Translations under genes and position numbers: made by a program
Part shown: positions 1-14,589 of the stretch, one piece after another
How the letters are laid out: each line of letters opens with the position of its first letter
Numbering within the stretch: position 1 is the stretch's first letter
Assembly (NCBI GenBank): GCA_951406725.2
Contig: OX597829.1
Coordinates: forward strand, 16,678,001-16,742,000
Reading direction: 5' to 3'
DNA length: 64,000 bases
Origin: Octopus vulgaris
Lineage: Eukaryota
The notes under the pieces: model-generated
Databases searched by the model: none
Told to the model about the DNA's origin: nothing
The model's input: only the letters and a program-made list of their open reading frames with translations

Positions 1-95
1 ACGTATACATATACACATACATATATACGTATACATACACACATACATACATACACATACACACACATATATACATACATACATGCATACATACA

Positions 96-128
<33 letters not shown>

Positions 129-544
129 GCATATATACATACATACACACATACGGGGTCAAGACCAGATGTAGAGACAAAGGATCGTCTAAACTATATT
201 TCTCAACATTCTCCTCTGCGACTATACTGACCTAGATCGGTAAACGGCTCTTATCTTTCCATCTTCTTTTACAAATACGAGAACACCTTTTACTTACCAA
301 TTCCGCGCAAATCATAACCAGTTTTGAAAAACAAATATTTTACTCGCAAAGAATAATTAACATCGATGAGAACAATAACACCAATATTGAAACAGACATC
401 ACTGTCACACGTGTGGGCTATCTTCGAAAACGTGAATACCCTTTGAGTTACCCGGTCTCTGCAATTAAACCAAGGTGCTCTCCGATGTTATGAAAATACC
501 CGAGAAAAAAAACACATGATCAGCTTCATAAAACGGTTTAAAAT

Positions 545-729
545 ACCTATTTCTTTACTATCCACAAGGATAAACAGAGAGGATAAACAAAGATAGACAA
601 ACGGATTAAGTCAATTATATCGACCCCAGTGCGTAACTGGTACTTAATTTATCGACCCCGAAAGAATGAAAGGCAAAATCGACCTCGGCGGAATTTGAAC
701 TCAGAACGTAGCGGCAGACAAAATACCGT
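545..729 (-). mobile_element. SINE family A (tRNA-derived), partial
   Basis: Reverse complement of the repeated unit gttcaaattccgccgaggtcgactttgcctttcatcctttcggggtcgataaattaagtaccag, seen more than 10 times in the window. Confidence 0.85.
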
Positions 730-892
730 AGAGCACCGGGAGGAATCTCACCCTAACTTATGTAACTTCACAGCTAAAAGAAACTCCGGCAAATGTCGTC
801 TTTCTCTGTCTGGAAAATGGCTGCTACAGAGAATAACTCTTACTCCGATTCCTAAAATACAGTTCACTACGGCTAAGGAGCCCTTTCTACCC

Positions 893-1154
893 CCACTGTA
901 TCATCTCTTGTGAAAGGTAGAAGAGTCTAGTTTGCTGGACATTGTTGTAGAGCTGAAAACGAGGTAATTTCTACTCTTCTCCTCTGGAAGCCATCTGCTC
1001 GAGATACCAGAGGGCGCACACTCTCCTACCCTGATGTAATCTCCAGGGATACAGGCATCCAGCAACGGGACCTCCGTAATGCCATGATGGACCGTGAAGT
1101 CTGGCGTAACATAGTAAATTCCATTGTCTCGACCACAGTCGAACAATGATGATG
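893..1154 (+). mobile_element. 5'-truncated RTE-like LINE 3' end with (TGA)n tail
   Basis: Near-identical to 34967-35236; flanked by the direct repeat AATACAGTTCA (856-866, 1155-1165). Confidence 0.85.
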
Positions 1155-2199
1155 AATACAGTTCATCTTTCTGCCAACATACCAAATTAACCAAGAAAAA
1201 AATCTCACTGTAACCGGTAAGGCGTAAACAAAACTGACATCTCCAGTGCCAAAATCACACACAACTATCCGGGACCGGTATCTCTGTATACAGACCTGAT
1301 ATAGACGACAGTAGAATTCATGCAACTGATAAACATTTTGCAAACGCTGACTGAAAACGATTTCAACGCGTTCTGTAAGTTTTCTTTAAGCAACAGGCCT
1401 CTTTCGACGGGTGTGGGAAGAAGATGAACCTTTCCACTGATAAAAGTTATCAATAATATCTCTGAAGAGTGTGATATAAACTGTGAAACATATTTTGGAA
1501 TATCAATAGTTAGCTGTATACTGTTGCTGTTACCTCGAATTAACACTCGGACGATATTAGTAAAGAACGCGGGGATGAAACAATCCATCGTAAGTAACGC
1601 TGGTGGGTAACCGCTCGGAAAGAAACCATAGCCCATTTACACCGCAGAAGAGGGTGGTTAAATACCATTATAAAATGTGAAGTTGATGGCAAGTTCAACA
1701 ATGCACCAACAACATCTTCAAGGAAAATAAGTATAAATGTACCGAGATTTTAATCCAAAACTTGAGGTAGAATTTTTCTAAACCTAAACATGAACTGAAG
1801 ATGCACAACGAAAAGTTCTGTAACTGTAAAAAAAAAAAAAAAAAAAGAATTGCTACGACAAAGATCGACAATGGGAAGGAAGCAAGAATCTTCATACTTG
1901 GTGACTAGTAAAAGATGATCTTTTATAGAAAATTATATATGGAAAGATTCAAAAGCTACGGAAGGACGAACTGAAATACCAAACTGGCTGGCCATTAACA
2001 CGAGCAAACTTCGGCCAAGAACGAAAACAGTGACTCGACAGAGAACTACAGAACTATAGCTTGAACCGATTCTTCCAAAACTATTGCGTGTATGAAGATA
2101 TAGTGTCTAACGAGCAGGGAGTGGGATGAAAGTTGCGCAGAGATGCGCCGAACAACTTTTGGCAAATAAGTCCGTACTGTCTGAAATAAGACACATATG

Positions 2200-2320
2200 T
2201 ATACGATGGGCTTCCTTCAGTTCCCGTCTACCAAATCCACACACAAGGCTTTGGTCGGCCCGAGACTATAGTAGAAGACACTTGTCCAAGGTGCAACGCA
2301 ATGTAACTGAACCCGGAAGT
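2200..2320 (-). mobile_element. SINE family B fragment
   Basis: ttcagttcccgtctaccaaatccacacacaaggctttggtcggcccgag matches family B. Confidence 0.8.
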
Positions 2321-2322
2321 AA

Positions 2323-2353
<31 letters not shown>

Positions 2354-2471
2354 TACAATATATATGTATACATATATATGTGTGTGTATATATGTATGTG
2401 TATGTATGCTTCTATGCATACATACATGCACATACTCACGCACACACACACACATATATATATATATATAC

Positions 2472-2513
<42 letters not shown>

Positions 2514-2950
2514 GAAAAAGAACGATTGAGAGAGAGAGAGAAACAGAGGTTGTGGAACTTGGAACAGTTAAAAAAAAAGAAGCGCAAATTTTTCAAAATA
2601 TATTATTGTCAGAAAAATAAGTACGAAAATATCACGAAAAAAAAAGAAAGAAAAAAAGTAAAAGGGTGATAGGTCGGTAATACGTTAGTTGAAAAGAGGC
2701 GAATAGGAAAAAAAGAGAATGAAGAATATCCAAGATGAGGAAGAAGAAGAGAAGGAGGAGAGGAAATAAAGATGGGTCGTTTATTTTTTAATCCACCGAG
2801 AGAACAGAAGTGGTGGGATGAGACGGGTAAACAAGAAATCTTGAGAAGTTTCACTAAGTTCTTTGTTCCCGTCAGCAAAATGAGACTCGCTTAGAAATTT
2901 TATTTACTTATTTATTTATTTATTTATTTATTTACATTTGTGTGTGAAAT

Positions 2951-3357
2951 TCTTTTCTACTCTAAGTTTAAAGCACGAAATTTTGGGTGATGGGTGGGGT
3001 GGGGGTAGGGCAGTCGATTAGATCGAGACCAGGACGCAGCTGGTACTTAATTTATCGACTACTGAAAGGATGAAAGACAAAGTTGACCTCAGCGGAATTT
3101 GAACTCACAACACAGCGGCAGACGAAATACCTATATCTTTACTACCCACAAGGAACTAAACACAGAGGGGACAAACAAAGACAGACAAAGATATTAAATC
3201 GATTATATCGACCCCAGTGCGTAACTTAATTTATCGACCCCGAAAGGATGAAAGGCAAAGTCGACCTCAGCGGAATTAGAACACAGTACGTAAAGACAGA
3301 CGAAATACTGCTAATCATTTCGCCCGGCGTGTTAACGATTCTGCCAGCTCGCCGCCT
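2951..3357 (-). mobile_element. SINE family A dimer with alternative tail
   Basis: Two tandem units; flanked by a TTTGTG(T/A)GTGAAATT TSD. Confidence 0.85.
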
Positions 3358-3480
3358 CTTTTGTGAGTGAAATTGAGTGAATATTACCCGCACACGTATA
3401 CATAAACATATAAATCTATCTATAACAATGTCTCATGTATGTTTGTATGTATGTAAGTATGTATGTATGTATGTATTATG

Positions 3481-3528
<48 letters not shown>

Positions 3529-3529
3529 T

Positions 3530-3790
3530 AGTTATCGCCATACTAATATGGCATTCTTATAAAAATAAGAAAAAAGCTGTCCGCTTATTAGCTCCATGAG
3601 ACCATCGCCTTAAGTTAGCTATTCGATACACAAACTGTATCCATATAACCTTCGAACAAGGGAGGTCAGTCGCTCCACACTACTTGACCGATAGCTACAG
3701 ACGCGTTTCAGGGTATTTGCCCTTTGTCAATGCAGCGTAGTCAGACCCAGTAGGTGTCGCTTCTGACTATCTCTGTTCGAAGGTTTTATT
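3530..3790 (-). mobile_element. Penelope-like non-autonomous fragment with degenerate hammerhead motif
   Basis: Minus strand reads gctgca-TTGACAA-aggg caaata ccct-GAAACGCGTC-tgtagc; short inverted segment (aaccttcgaaca/tgttcgaaggtt); next to (TA)n. Confidence 0.6.
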
Positions 3791-3848
3791 TACCTAGTTT
3801 CGGTGGAATACATCCACTTGTTTTCAATAATAGAAATATTAAAATTAC

Positions 3849-3958
<110 letters not shown>

Positions 3959-4074
3959 CATATTTATACATACATACGCACACATGCATACCCACAGACA
4001 CACGTACATACGTACGTATGTATGTACACCTTCTAAATTTATGTACTGGAAATGTTTTGAATGTGCAAATAAAG

Positions 4075-4403
4075 AAGGCGGTGAGCTGACAGAAACGTTA
4101 GCACACCGGGCGAAATGCTAAGCGGTATTTCGTCTGCCGTTACGTTCTGAGTTCAAATTCCGTCGAGGTCGACTTTGCCTTTCATCCTTTCGGAGTCGAT
4201 AAATTAAGTACCAGTTACGCATGGGGTCGATGTAATCGACTAAATCCGTTTGTCTGTCCTTGTTTGTCTCCTCTGTGTTTAGCCCCTTGTGGGTAGTAAA
4301 GAAATAAGTACTTCGTCTGTCTCACCTTCTGAGTTCAAATCCCGTCGAGGTCGACTTTGCCTTTCATCCTTTCGGTGTCGATAAATTAAGTACCAGCTGC
4401 GTA
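4075..4403 (+). mobile_element. SINE family A dimer
   Basis: tRNA-like head ggcggtgagctgacagaaacgttagc with B-box-like gagttcaaattcc; second unit from ~4308. Confidence 0.9.
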
Positions 4404-5538
4404 TTTTCCTGTATTTTTCAAGTCTTATGCATGCCTCGCACAATTACAACACACTTATAATATCTACATACAGATTCGCAGCACTGGAAAATGCAGATGT
4501 GTTTGAAGAGGTTGCAGCTAGGATTACAACCCTATCTGCATAATATATATGTATATATACATTGACTTCAGTAATGTCACTACACATGCTGTTCTTTTCA
4601 TTCTTTGGACTTTTCCCTTTCTCCTTTCCGACGAAAAGCAATGCTCGAAAAATCAAACTCTGTCTCTTCACCGAGCATCAAGTTAATACATTTCTTGTGC
4701 ACGTCCTCTTGTCCATTGATTTTACTCGTTTATACATAACATAAATGTCTGGATCTTATCGGCCCATAGAACAGATACGACACTCGGACAGATTACAGAG
4801 GCTGCACGCATAGTAGAAAATAGACTGAGTCTCAGCAGAAAACGTGAATGGAGTAATAACACCCCCACTCTACCCTACCGACGAATGAAGACGGTTTTCA
4901 GTTGGTCGGTGGGTTGGAGTAGGTGTTAGTGTTATTACGTTTGTATGTGCATTAATTGATGTATGAATGTATGAATATATGGATGAAATGCGGTTGATTT
5001 CTTTCACTTATCCACCCCCTCTAAAATTGTACTCAGAGTACACTTTCATACGTAAGTTTTCATATATTTACATCAAGGCGCAAGGCATGGCTGTGTTGTA
5101 AAAGTCGCTCGCTTCGCAACCACAGGGTTCCGTGTTCAGTTTCATTGTGCAAAACCTCAATGCCTTTTACTGTAACAGGTGAATTTGGTGATTTCAGAAA
5201 CTGCTTGAAAGCCTGTCATTTTTATATATGCATGTGTGTATGTGTTCGCGTCTTGCGTTTATCACCCAAACCTCTTAAGCAATCTGTGTTCGTTTTCTTT
5301 TTTTTTTTTTACTTCCTCGTAGCATAGAAGTTCACCAAACAAGGAGTTAAAATAACACAACTGTTAGCATGTTCGATTAAACAATTTAATGTGCTCCAGC
5401 ATGGCCGTAGTACAATGACTGAACTAAAAGAATACATTTACGATAAAGTTTTATCTATATTTATGAATTTCTAAATGCATCAAATCCTTTCTTTAATCTG
5501 ATAATGATATACGCGCACGTGCGCACACACACATACGC

Positions 5539-5790
<252 letters not shown>

Positions 5791-6024
5791 CTCCATACCA
5801 ATCTACCTATCTCTATGGTTTTAGGTATGTGCTCTTTTACTTATGATCCACATATTTTGAGTTTTAGTAGAGCATATGAATCCCAGATCTTTTTAAAGTC
5901 CAGTAATTATTTTATCGGTGTCATTTGCCGAATCTCTTGGTTAGGAGAACCTAAAGAAACTAACACTGATTGTGAAGCTATTGGGTAGAAACCCAAGTGC
6001 AGAGACTCGTGTAAATATACGCAC

Positions 6025-6522
6025 ATGCGTGCGTGTATGTATGTATGTCATTATGTGTGTGTATGTATGTGTGTATGTATGTGCGTATGTATGTCATTAT
6101 TGTGTGTGTGTATGTGTATGTGTGTATGTAAGTGCGTATGTATGTGCGTATGTGTGTATGATGTATGTCATTATGTGCATGTATGTATGTGTGTATGTAT
6201 GTATGCATGTATGTGTGTATGTGTGTGTGTATGTATGTATGCATGTATGTATGCATGTATGCATGCATGTTTGTATATATATATGTTTGTTTCTATGTAT
6301 GTATGTATGTTTGTATGTATGTCATTATTATGTGTGTTTATGTGTGTATGTGTGTATGTATGTATGTATGTATGTGTGTATGTGTGTGTGTATGTATGTA
6401 TGTATGTATGTATGTATGTATGTATGTATGTGTGTATGTATGTATGCATGTATGTATTCGTGTTTGTATGTATATTTGTTTCTATGTATGTATGTACGCT
6501 TGTATGTATGCATGTATGTATG

Positions 6523-6556
<34 letters not shown>

Positions 6557-6655
6557 TGTATGCGTGTATACATGCATGTTTGTATGCATGTATGTTTGTA
6601 GGTATGTATGTAGGCATGTATGTATGTATCTACACACACATACACACATATATAC
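6025..6655. repeat. Degenerate (TATG)n/(TG)n array
   Basis: Direct reading. Confidence 0.95.
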
Positions 6656-7311
6656 GCAGAGGTGTAGGTACGTGTGTCTCTGTGTCAATTTATGTTTCTT
6701 TTTTGTTTGTCTACGCAGATAGCTGTTTCATAAACTTATTTACAAGTACAACAAGAGCCAGTAGCTGTAAACATTGGGAGCAGAAGAGTAACACAACCGA
6801 ACATAAATAATTGTACAAAATTTCATTATCGACCGATCTTAAAATAACATTTCTCCAGAAAAGCCGAACATGTGGTTGTTCAGAGATTATCTTGTTTTGA
6901 TTCATACATGGGCGTGAACTAATGATGTCTCATAACAACAAATCGTCACGTGGTTTGCTATATCACATAACAAAATCAAGTCAGAAGTCACGTGCCAGTC
7001 AGGGGTTCTTTCAACTGTTCAATGTAGCTGGTCGTGCCGTTAGAAATAGTAAATTGTATTGCTGTTCCTTGAAAATCACGAAGTACTTTGTTAGATATAG
7101 ATTAAAGCATATAGAGGATACATTTGATAGTATTTTCCTAGATATAATGTGAATGATAAAAATGTTACAGCGGTTAACGCTTTTATGAAAATGGCGGCGA
7201 TCAACAACCACGAAACTAACGGCGATGATGGCAACGACGATCATCGACAGCAATAACAGCACAGACTACATCTTACATAACTCATGTGAATGGAGTTATC
7301 TCTATCTGATC

Positions 7312-7698
7312 CCCTCCTCACCGTGGTGTGGACGCTGGCAACGAGTAGTGTCAGAGCTATGCCGTCGGGAACTTCGGTTCCTGGTAGGGCCACCCAAGGC
7401 GGATTGGTCCGACATCGAGTGGTATTAGGGCCACAAACCGGCAGACGGGGCTCTGGTGAAAATCCTCGGAGTGTCTGTTTCGGCAACCGGCGGCTCCCCG
7501 GTCGTTCTGACCCTGCGTCTGCGGACAATCTGCGGCAAACAGGATGTCTCTACATGCGGGATTGTTGGGGACCGTTTGTGAAAATCATATTCCCACGAAA
7601 CTTCTTTTACTGCCATGGTTCGAGATGCCTCGAGGGTGGTGGAAGAAGCCGACTCAACCCGCTCAAAGTGAATGTCGCCACAAGTACAAGTAAGTAAG
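7312..7698 (+). mobile_element. Bipartite (internally deleted) non-autonomous RTE-clade element
   Basis: 5' part agagctatgccgtcgggaacttcggttcctggtagggccacccaaggcggattggtc resembles RTE/Expander 5' UTRs; 3' tail caagtacaagtaagtaagta; near-TSD tatctg(a/g)tc. Confidence 0.65.
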
Positions 7699-8502
7699 TA
7701 TCTGGTCTTTCTGAACTGTTTGATATTCTAACTGAAATCTCCCTTAAATCCAGTTCTACTCCCTTTAAAACAGGACCGGATCCTTTAACATGTGGTTCTA
7801 GATTCAGCATGTAACTAGCAATTAGGAAAATAGTTTTAAAAATGTATAATTAAGACTGGGATATTTCTGGCCATATGTCCTTCGGGTCGCGAATGTTCTG
7901 GGTTCGATAACAATCCACCCGCGCATCGAATTGAAGTGTACAACACTTGAAGGTTCGACGGTATAACACAAAGGAACAGATAAGCAATCCCTTCCATTAT
8001 TGAATGTTCATCAATGCAAAGATTTTCACCGGTGTTTCGTAATCCGTTAATCCAAGCTTACCCAAAATTGAGTGGAACTTTAAGCCTGGCATAATATCAG
8101 AATAGATGAAAAGATTACATGGTCTCGCTACAATGTCTCATTAGAATATTTTATTCTAGATAGATGTAAAATTGTACATCTTGTTATGCAAGACGTGCAG
8201 CATCCATGAGAATATGCAATACATCTTTATATAATAATACCTAAATCATCAGGCAACCAAATGCAGGTCAGTAGTTCATGTATCGCCTGGTCGTCAAGTG
8301 GTTAGTTAGAGGTACTCAGGTAGAACGACGTTTACTCTTTTAGATATAATGGAGATAAATACGTTGATAAATAGACAGAAAGGCATACATACGTACATAC
8401 GTACAGACAGACAAGCACAGTCAGACAGATACATGGACAGACAAATAGATAGATGGATAGATAATACATTGATATATTTTGAAGAGGATTTATTTAAAGA
8501 TT

Positions 8503-8985
8503 AGGTAAGACGTTTGCTTCCCCACTACGTGGTTCCGTGGTCAGCCCCACTGCGTGGAACTTTGGGCAAGTGTTTTCTACTATGGTCTTGGGCCGATCAA
8601 AGGCTTGTACGTGGACTTCGTAGACAGAAATTGAAAGAAACCCATCGTATGTATGTATTTATGTAAGTTACTGGATTTGTCCTCCACTAACACATAGCAA
8701 CCGGTGTTGGTCTGTTTACGTCCCTATAACATAGCAGTTCAGCAAAATGAGCCATGTGGTAGTGGGGGACAGATACAGACACAAAGATACACACACACAC
8801 ATTGATAAAGGGCTTCTTTCAGTTTCGGTCAACGAAATCTTCTCCAAGGCTTTGTTCAGCCCGAAGCTGTCGTAGAAGATATCAAAAATATAACAGAAAA
8901 CCCTTGCTCAAATTGCCACGCACTGGGACCGAACCCAGAACCATGTGGCTGGGAAGCAAGCATCTTACTACACAGCCATGTCTAC
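8503..8985. mobile_element. Two SINE family B pieces in inverted orientation (+ 8503-8750, - 8755-8985)
   Basis: The family B head appears at both ends on opposite strands. Confidence 0.7.
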
Positions 8986-9186
8986 GTCTTTTCTACGAAA
9001 AAAACACAAAACAAAACTCAGTTGCTGAGAAACTCAGACTATTCCAGTGACCCAACGAGTCTACTATAATTATATATTTATATTAATGTTTATCTAAATG
9101 ACTTTTTACATGCTAGCCACTGATAAAATCATTAATAGATTTTATCCTTAACTATGAATGTATGTATGTATGTATGTATGTATGCA

Positions 9187-9244
<58 letters not shown>

Positions 9245-9246
<2 letters not shown>

Positions 9247-9460
9247 TTCAGCAAAAATTTAGATTCGAATGAATATGGTACTTAATTTAGATGCACCAGA
9301 ATTTTGTATGGTGTTATCCATAAAAATTTGTGGGGTGATTATAATCAAATTAAGCAACAGGAATAACTCTGGTAATTTGGTACAATCGTTTCGTACTACA
9401 TCGAAACGATTGTACCAAATTACCAGAGTCATTCTTGTTGCTTATTTTGATTACAATATA
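9245..9460 (-). mobile_element. Penelope-like fragment with fold-back (arms ~9338-9393 and 9402-9457)
   Basis: Inverted repeat turning at tttcg-tactacat-cgaaa; inserted in (TA)n; shares sequence with 11765-11972. Confidence 0.6.
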
Positions 9461-9829
9461 TATAATATATATATATATATATATGCGTGTGTGTGCATAT
9501 TAATTAACTATATCTCTCTTAATTAACTCTAGTGTATCCATACTCTTTATTTGCGACAATAAACTATAGAGTTTTGTACATATTAACTTTAGGAAAAATA
9601 GATAAACGGCGCCAATCTTATCCACCCGTATATCCTATTCTTATAACAAGTTACACAGTACAATATTATTTAGTATATTGTCTCTTTATCGTTAAAGTCT
9701 GCGGATTACTTCAAAGAACAGAAGGAGTCAGTTTTAAACTTGGCTCCATTTTCTGTGATAATGAATTCTTGCAGTTAGTCTCTGATTCTGGGTGGAGTCT
9801 GTAAATTTAAAGGCAGTTGAAGAAATCCA

Positions 9830-10010
9830 TATTTCGTCTGCCGTTACGTTCTGAATTCAAATTCCGCCGAGGTCGACTTTGCCTTTCATCCTTTCAGGAT
9901 CGATAAATAAAGTACCAGTTACGCACTGAGTCGATGTAATCGACTTAATCCTTTTATCTGTCCTTGTTTGTCCCTTCTATGTTTAGCCCCTTGTGGGTAG
10001 TAAAGAAAAA
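9830..10010 (+). mobile_element. SINE family A unit lacking the 5' head
   Basis: Starts at tatttcgtctgccgttacg. Confidence 0.85.
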
Positions 10011-10504
10011 TTTAGCTTTTCACATTTTTTCTTTTTTTTTTTATTAAATATTATTGGTTCTAATCAATTATTTGTTCTCCTGTTATTCGTATCACTTGAC
10101 GATTTCAGTTTGGATATTAATCTTTCTCAAACAGCCTAAGCGAACGATCTACAATTCCGATTGAAAGAATACACGCCTGGCCAATTCCATATTCAACAAC
10201 CGTTGGTATTCCTGCTTTGAATGTTCAAATATAAGCGAACTTCCTAGTTTAACAACACATCGAATATTCACCAGCATGTGGTTGCCTAACGATTTTGGGG
10301 ATTTTGTACAATAACGTATTGCCTAATGCTATAGTTGTAACTCGTCTAAAATAACTGAATCAACGATGTTACGACACAATTAAAATCCTTTAAACAAACA
10401 TTACATCCATGAAATTCATTCCTTTGTTATTATTATCGTGAGTGTATGTGTGTGTGTAACTAAGATGACGTTAAGCCATACGTAAAAAATTTACACACAC
10501 ACAC

Positions 10505-10673
10505 ACGTACATATTGTTTCTCGCCTTGAGTTTTTTTTTCTGTGTCCCTTTCTGTAGAAGAGCGTAGGCTCGAAACGTAAAAGATTTTTTCTATTCCTGA
10601 GCGTTATACTAATACATCTGTTTCTTTTGTACACCACCTGTCTTCGTCTTTTGCTTTTTTCATAAACTCTCCC
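10505..10673 (+). mobile_element. Penelope-like short element (family F2) with hammerhead-like motif at 10547-10584
   Basis: cttt-CTGTAGA-a-gagc gtag gctc-GAAACGTA-aaag; same family as 37950-38165 and 52982-53190; ends in (TA)n. Confidence 0.65.
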
Positions 10674-10694
10674 TATATATATATATATATATAT

Positions 10695-10768
<74 letters not shown>

Positions 10769-10771
<3 letters not shown>

Positions 10772-10963
10772 GCAGAAGTGACTGTGTGGTAAGTAGCTTA
10801 ATTACTAACCCCATGGTTTCGGGTTCGTTCTTACTGCGTAGCACCTTGGACAAGTATGTTCTATTGTAGCCTCGGGCCGACCAAATCCTTATGAGTGGAT
10901 TTGGAAGACGGAAACTGAAAGAAGCCCGTTGTATATATATATATATATATATATATACAACAT

Positions 10964-11001
<38 letters not shown>

Positions 11002-11215
11002 GCATGTATGTGTGTATGTGTGTGTGCGTGTGTGCTAATTCTCCATCATCGGTTGACGATGCTGGTGTGCTTACGTCTCCGTAACGAAGCGGTTCGGCAA
11101 AAATGACCGATAGAATAAGTACTTACAAAGAATAAGTTCTAGGGTCGATTTGTTCGACTAAAGATGGTGATCGAGCATGGCCGCATTTAAATGACTGAAA
11201 CAAACAAATAAAATA
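10769..11215 (+). mobile_element. SINE family B, full length, with internal microsatellite
   Basis: Head ggcgcagaagtgactgtgtggtaag, CORE-like caccttggacaag, internal (TA)/(CA)/(TG) tract, tail tgactgaaacaa. Confidence 0.9.
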
Positions 11216-11239
11216 ATACAAATACATACATACATCCAT

Positions 11240-11315
<76 letters not shown>

Positions 11316-11454
11316 AGTGAATGGAAGAAATGGAGTTGAACGAAGATTGTACAGAATTCCTTTTATTACATTCTACACATGTTTCAAAGGCTATATATAT
11401 ATATGTATACGTTTGTATATGTGTTTATGTATATATATATATATACCGTTTTTA

Positions 11455-11516
<62 letters not shown>

Positions 11517-11593
11517 TAAAAACGGTAAGATAACAAAAGAAAGAAAGAGACCTCAATATTATGTAAATAGAGGAAATTTTAATATTACTTTAC

Positions 11594-11659
<66 letters not shown>

Positions 11660-11667
11660 GTAAAGTA

Positions 11668-11767
<100 letters not shown>

Positions 11768-11970
11768 GAGAATGAAGCAACAAGAATGGATAGGTTTTTA
11801 GTACAATCGTTTCATACAAGGACAGGTTTTATTAAAAGTTGCAATTCTCGCTTATAATCACCCCACATTACTGTATTGTTAAATCAGTATAGTTTTTTTT
11901 TTGGTGCATCTAAGTTAGGTACCATATTCAAGTAAATTCATTTAAATTAACTTGAATCTTTATTGCTTTT

Positions 11971-12026
<56 letters not shown>

Positions 12027-12174
12027 AATATATATATATATATGTATATATATATGTATATATATATACATATATATGTATATATGTATATGTACGTATA
12101 TGTGTGTGTATATATGTATATATATATGCACTTATACATATATATGTATGTGTATGTTTACACACGAGTGTATG

Positions 12175-12206
<32 letters not shown>

Positions 12207-12742
12207 TATACACACGTGTGTGTATATGTGTGTGCAATATCACAAACCCTTGTATCACAAATACAAGATTGAAGGAATACAAACTCTTTTCATGACGTAC
12301 GCATACAGGGATGAACACACACACACACGAGAGCACAAACACACAGAGACATAACAAATGCGAGCGAGCTCACAGAGACATCCACAACACATAAAGACAC
12401 AATGCTGAAACACACACGTAAATGAATCCGAAACCATCAGCAAACGCTTCCAGATGGGGGCGTTCCTGCTCAACATACAACCAGGTGATAAGGCTGAGGA
12501 CATACGATTCGGTGTTGCTCTAATTCTCATAGTATTCGACATCGTTGCTGATTCCGTTAAACCGATTCTAGTCCCTCTTTATACACTCCTCTCTTCCCCT
12601 GTACATACATACATACATATATATATGCATATATATATATATATATGCATATATATCTCTCTATCTCTCTCTCTCTCTCACTCTCTCTCTCTATATATAT
12701 ATACATATACATACATATATATGTATATATATATATATATAC

Positions 12743-12791
<49 letters not shown>

Positions 12792-12900
12792 TATGTATAT
12801 ATGTATACATATATATACATATATATGTATATATATATACATATATATACATATATATGTATATATATATACATATATATATATACATACATATATATAT

Positions 12901-12943
<43 letters not shown>

Positions 12944-12944
12944 T

Positions 12945-13046
12945 GAACCGACCAGGGTATCAGATGTTGCTACATCGCTGGTCACAATGCGCTTCGCATT
13001 GTTTTAGCCTTCAAATGACGCCACCTCGCTGGCTAAGCGAGCAGGC

Positions 13047-13048
<2 letters not shown>
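12945..13048 (-). mobile_element. SINE family C 3' tail fragment
   Basis: Reverse complement of gaaggctaaaacaatgcgaagcgcattgtgaccagcgatgtagcaacatctg. Confidence 0.85.
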
Positions 13049-13108
<60 letters not shown>

Positions 13109-13109
13109 T

Positions 13110-13160
<51 letters not shown>

Positions 13161-13426
13161 CAGCTAGATACATAGATAGACAGACAGCATATAGATAAAT
13201 AATATATAGATGTATAAAAAGATAGATAGATATAGAGATGGATATATAAATGCATACATACGCATACGTATTCGTATGTATCTTTGTAAATATATATACA
13301 CATACACACACATATATGTAATTATATTGATATATGTACATAAGTACATGAGTGTGTGTGTGTGTGTATGTGTGTGTGTGCGTGTGCATGTGCGCGTGTG
13401 ATTGTGTCTATACGAGCCTGCACGTG

Positions 13427-13473
<47 letters not shown>

Positions 13474-13601
13474 CACACACACACACACAAACACGCACTT
13501 CATTATCACTATTTTATGCCATGCTCTTTGTAGTGAAATATAAGAAATGGTATTTTTGAGTTCCACCCCTAAATTCTATATTCCTCTTGGAGTAAATTGA
13601 G

Positions 13602-13637
<36 letters not shown>

Positions 13638-13675
13638 CGTGCGTGTGTTTTGTGTGTGTGTGCGTGTGTGTGTTT

Positions 13676-13714
<39 letters not shown>

Positions 13715-13791
13715 GCATGTATATATATGTATGTTTGTATGTATATATACATATATATATAAGTTTATATGTATATATTCATTTATATATG

Positions 13792-13833
<42 letters not shown>

Positions 13834-14589
13834 AACACACATATATATATATATATTATACATATGCATATATGGATATATACATCAACACTTGCATATA
13901 TAAATACAGAGAAGCATATATGTATATATATGTATATATATAAATATATATGTATGTATTTATATATGCATATATGTGTCTGTTTATCTGTCTGTATGTA
14001 CGTATATATATATATGGGTACACACACGCACACGTTTTTACAAAATATAATACAGTTTCATGATGCGAATTCCTTGAGGGGAATTATAAAAATTCCATTT
14101 TAAAAAACAATGTTTTCTTTAAAACGAAGCATAAAGTAAAGCAACCCCGTCCCTAGTAAAAAAAATAATAAATATAGAAGCAAAAAATAAGAAGAAAGAA
14201 ATAACAGTTGTCACAGACTTGTTACTGTTTTCCTTATGTCTTTTGATATCACGCGCGAGGAATTTTGGAAGCAATCTATTGTAATTCATCCCATTACACT
14301 CTTCCAAACCAACGCCCTAAACATGACTTTCAGGACATAAACCCTTCCGAAATTATCCTCACACACACAACATTGCGAGTTAGGGAATATATGAAATTAG
14401 CTATAAATCAAAAATAAAGGAAGAATTGTTGAAAATATCTAGCGGTTGGAAATGTATTCGTTAATGAAAGACACTAAAATGGCGTGGTTCTAATATACAG
14501 TAATGTATCTATCATATTTAAGCGATGAAATCAGCATACGCACACACACGCAGGCTAAGGATATCACTACAAGAATAGATCCAAAGTTG

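Noticed and set aside
1166-2190. Possibly decayed LINE or exon sequence
   Set aside because: No diagnostic peptide motif could be recovered in any frame
12400-12600. Unique segment with ORFs on both strands
   Set aside because: No recognisable motif or splice structure
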